A DNA stretch of 64,000 nt from Hypanus sabinus (taxonomy: Eukaryota), in contig NW_026781663.1 of the NCBI RefSeq assembly GCF_030144855.1, forward strand, positions 124,001 to 188,000, written 5' to 3'. Position numbers and translations under genes: made by a program. This document shows positions 63,701 through 64,000 of the stretch, in pieces (within the stretch, counting starts at the first letter, position 1; each line of letters starts with the position of its first letter). The notes under the pieces were generated by a model. It ran no database searches, was not told the origin of the DNA, and saw only the letters and a program-made list of their open reading frames with translations.

Positions 63701-64000
63701 GGTCACGTACCTGGGGTATGTGTTCGGACAGGGGCTGCTGGCTCCTGTGCAGGCGAAAGTACAGGCTATTTCTGTAGTTCCAGTCCCGACTGGTAAGAGG
63801 GCATTGAGAAGGTTTTTGGGAATGGTGGGGTACTATCGGAAGTTTTGTAAGAACTTTGCTGATATTGCCCTCCCTCTTACAAAGCTCTTGCAAAAGGATG
63901 AAACGTCTGTGTGGAGCAATCCTTGCCAAGAAGCCTTTAAGAGTCTGAAACCTATGCTGTGTTACCTCCCTGAGTTAAAAGCACCTGACTTCGAATCCCT
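60715..64000 (+). mobile_element. Degenerate Gmr1-like Gypsy retrotransposon (gag/SCAN-like, integrase, RT), runs off the window
   Basis: LKELVVVENFKECVPDDVR (gag); GVLMRKWRP..QLVVPK..ILNMAH, GFSPFEIVFGH and FQGPY (integrase); then [44 protein letters not shown] (RT). Confidence 0.9.

Overview
Repeat-rich vertebrate genomic DNA, most likely a cartilaginous fish and probably a ray (inferred from the CR1/Penelope/Gmr1 repeat mix and the receptor family; not verified). The genic content is a tandem, same-strand cluster of four intact two-exon class A GPCR genes of the GPR139/GPR142-like type. Each has a 70-nt first coding exon, missed or mis-joined by the ORF track, spliced in phase 1 to a ~900-nt second exon. 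Genes 1 and 2 are a recent duplicate pair (~84% aa identity by manual count), and a gene-less relic of a third copy lies between them. The receptors share an invariant Cys-rich cytoplasmic face and have almost no N-terminus. Their pocket residues are strongly diversified: an Arg moves along TM3 from paralog to paralog, and gene 4 has lost both disulfide cysteines. This looks like a lineage-expanded, possibly chemosensory or metabolite-sensing receptor repertoire undergoing birth-and-death evolution. The rest is decayed transposons: CR1, Penelope-like (one with a minimal hammerhead ribozyme), Gmr1-type Gypsy, ERV integrase, L1, Rex1 and R4-like fragments. There are also solo LTRs, two minisatellites, an interstitial telomeric tract, a strong CTCF motif and one 314-nt assembly gap. 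Transposon boundaries are approximate.
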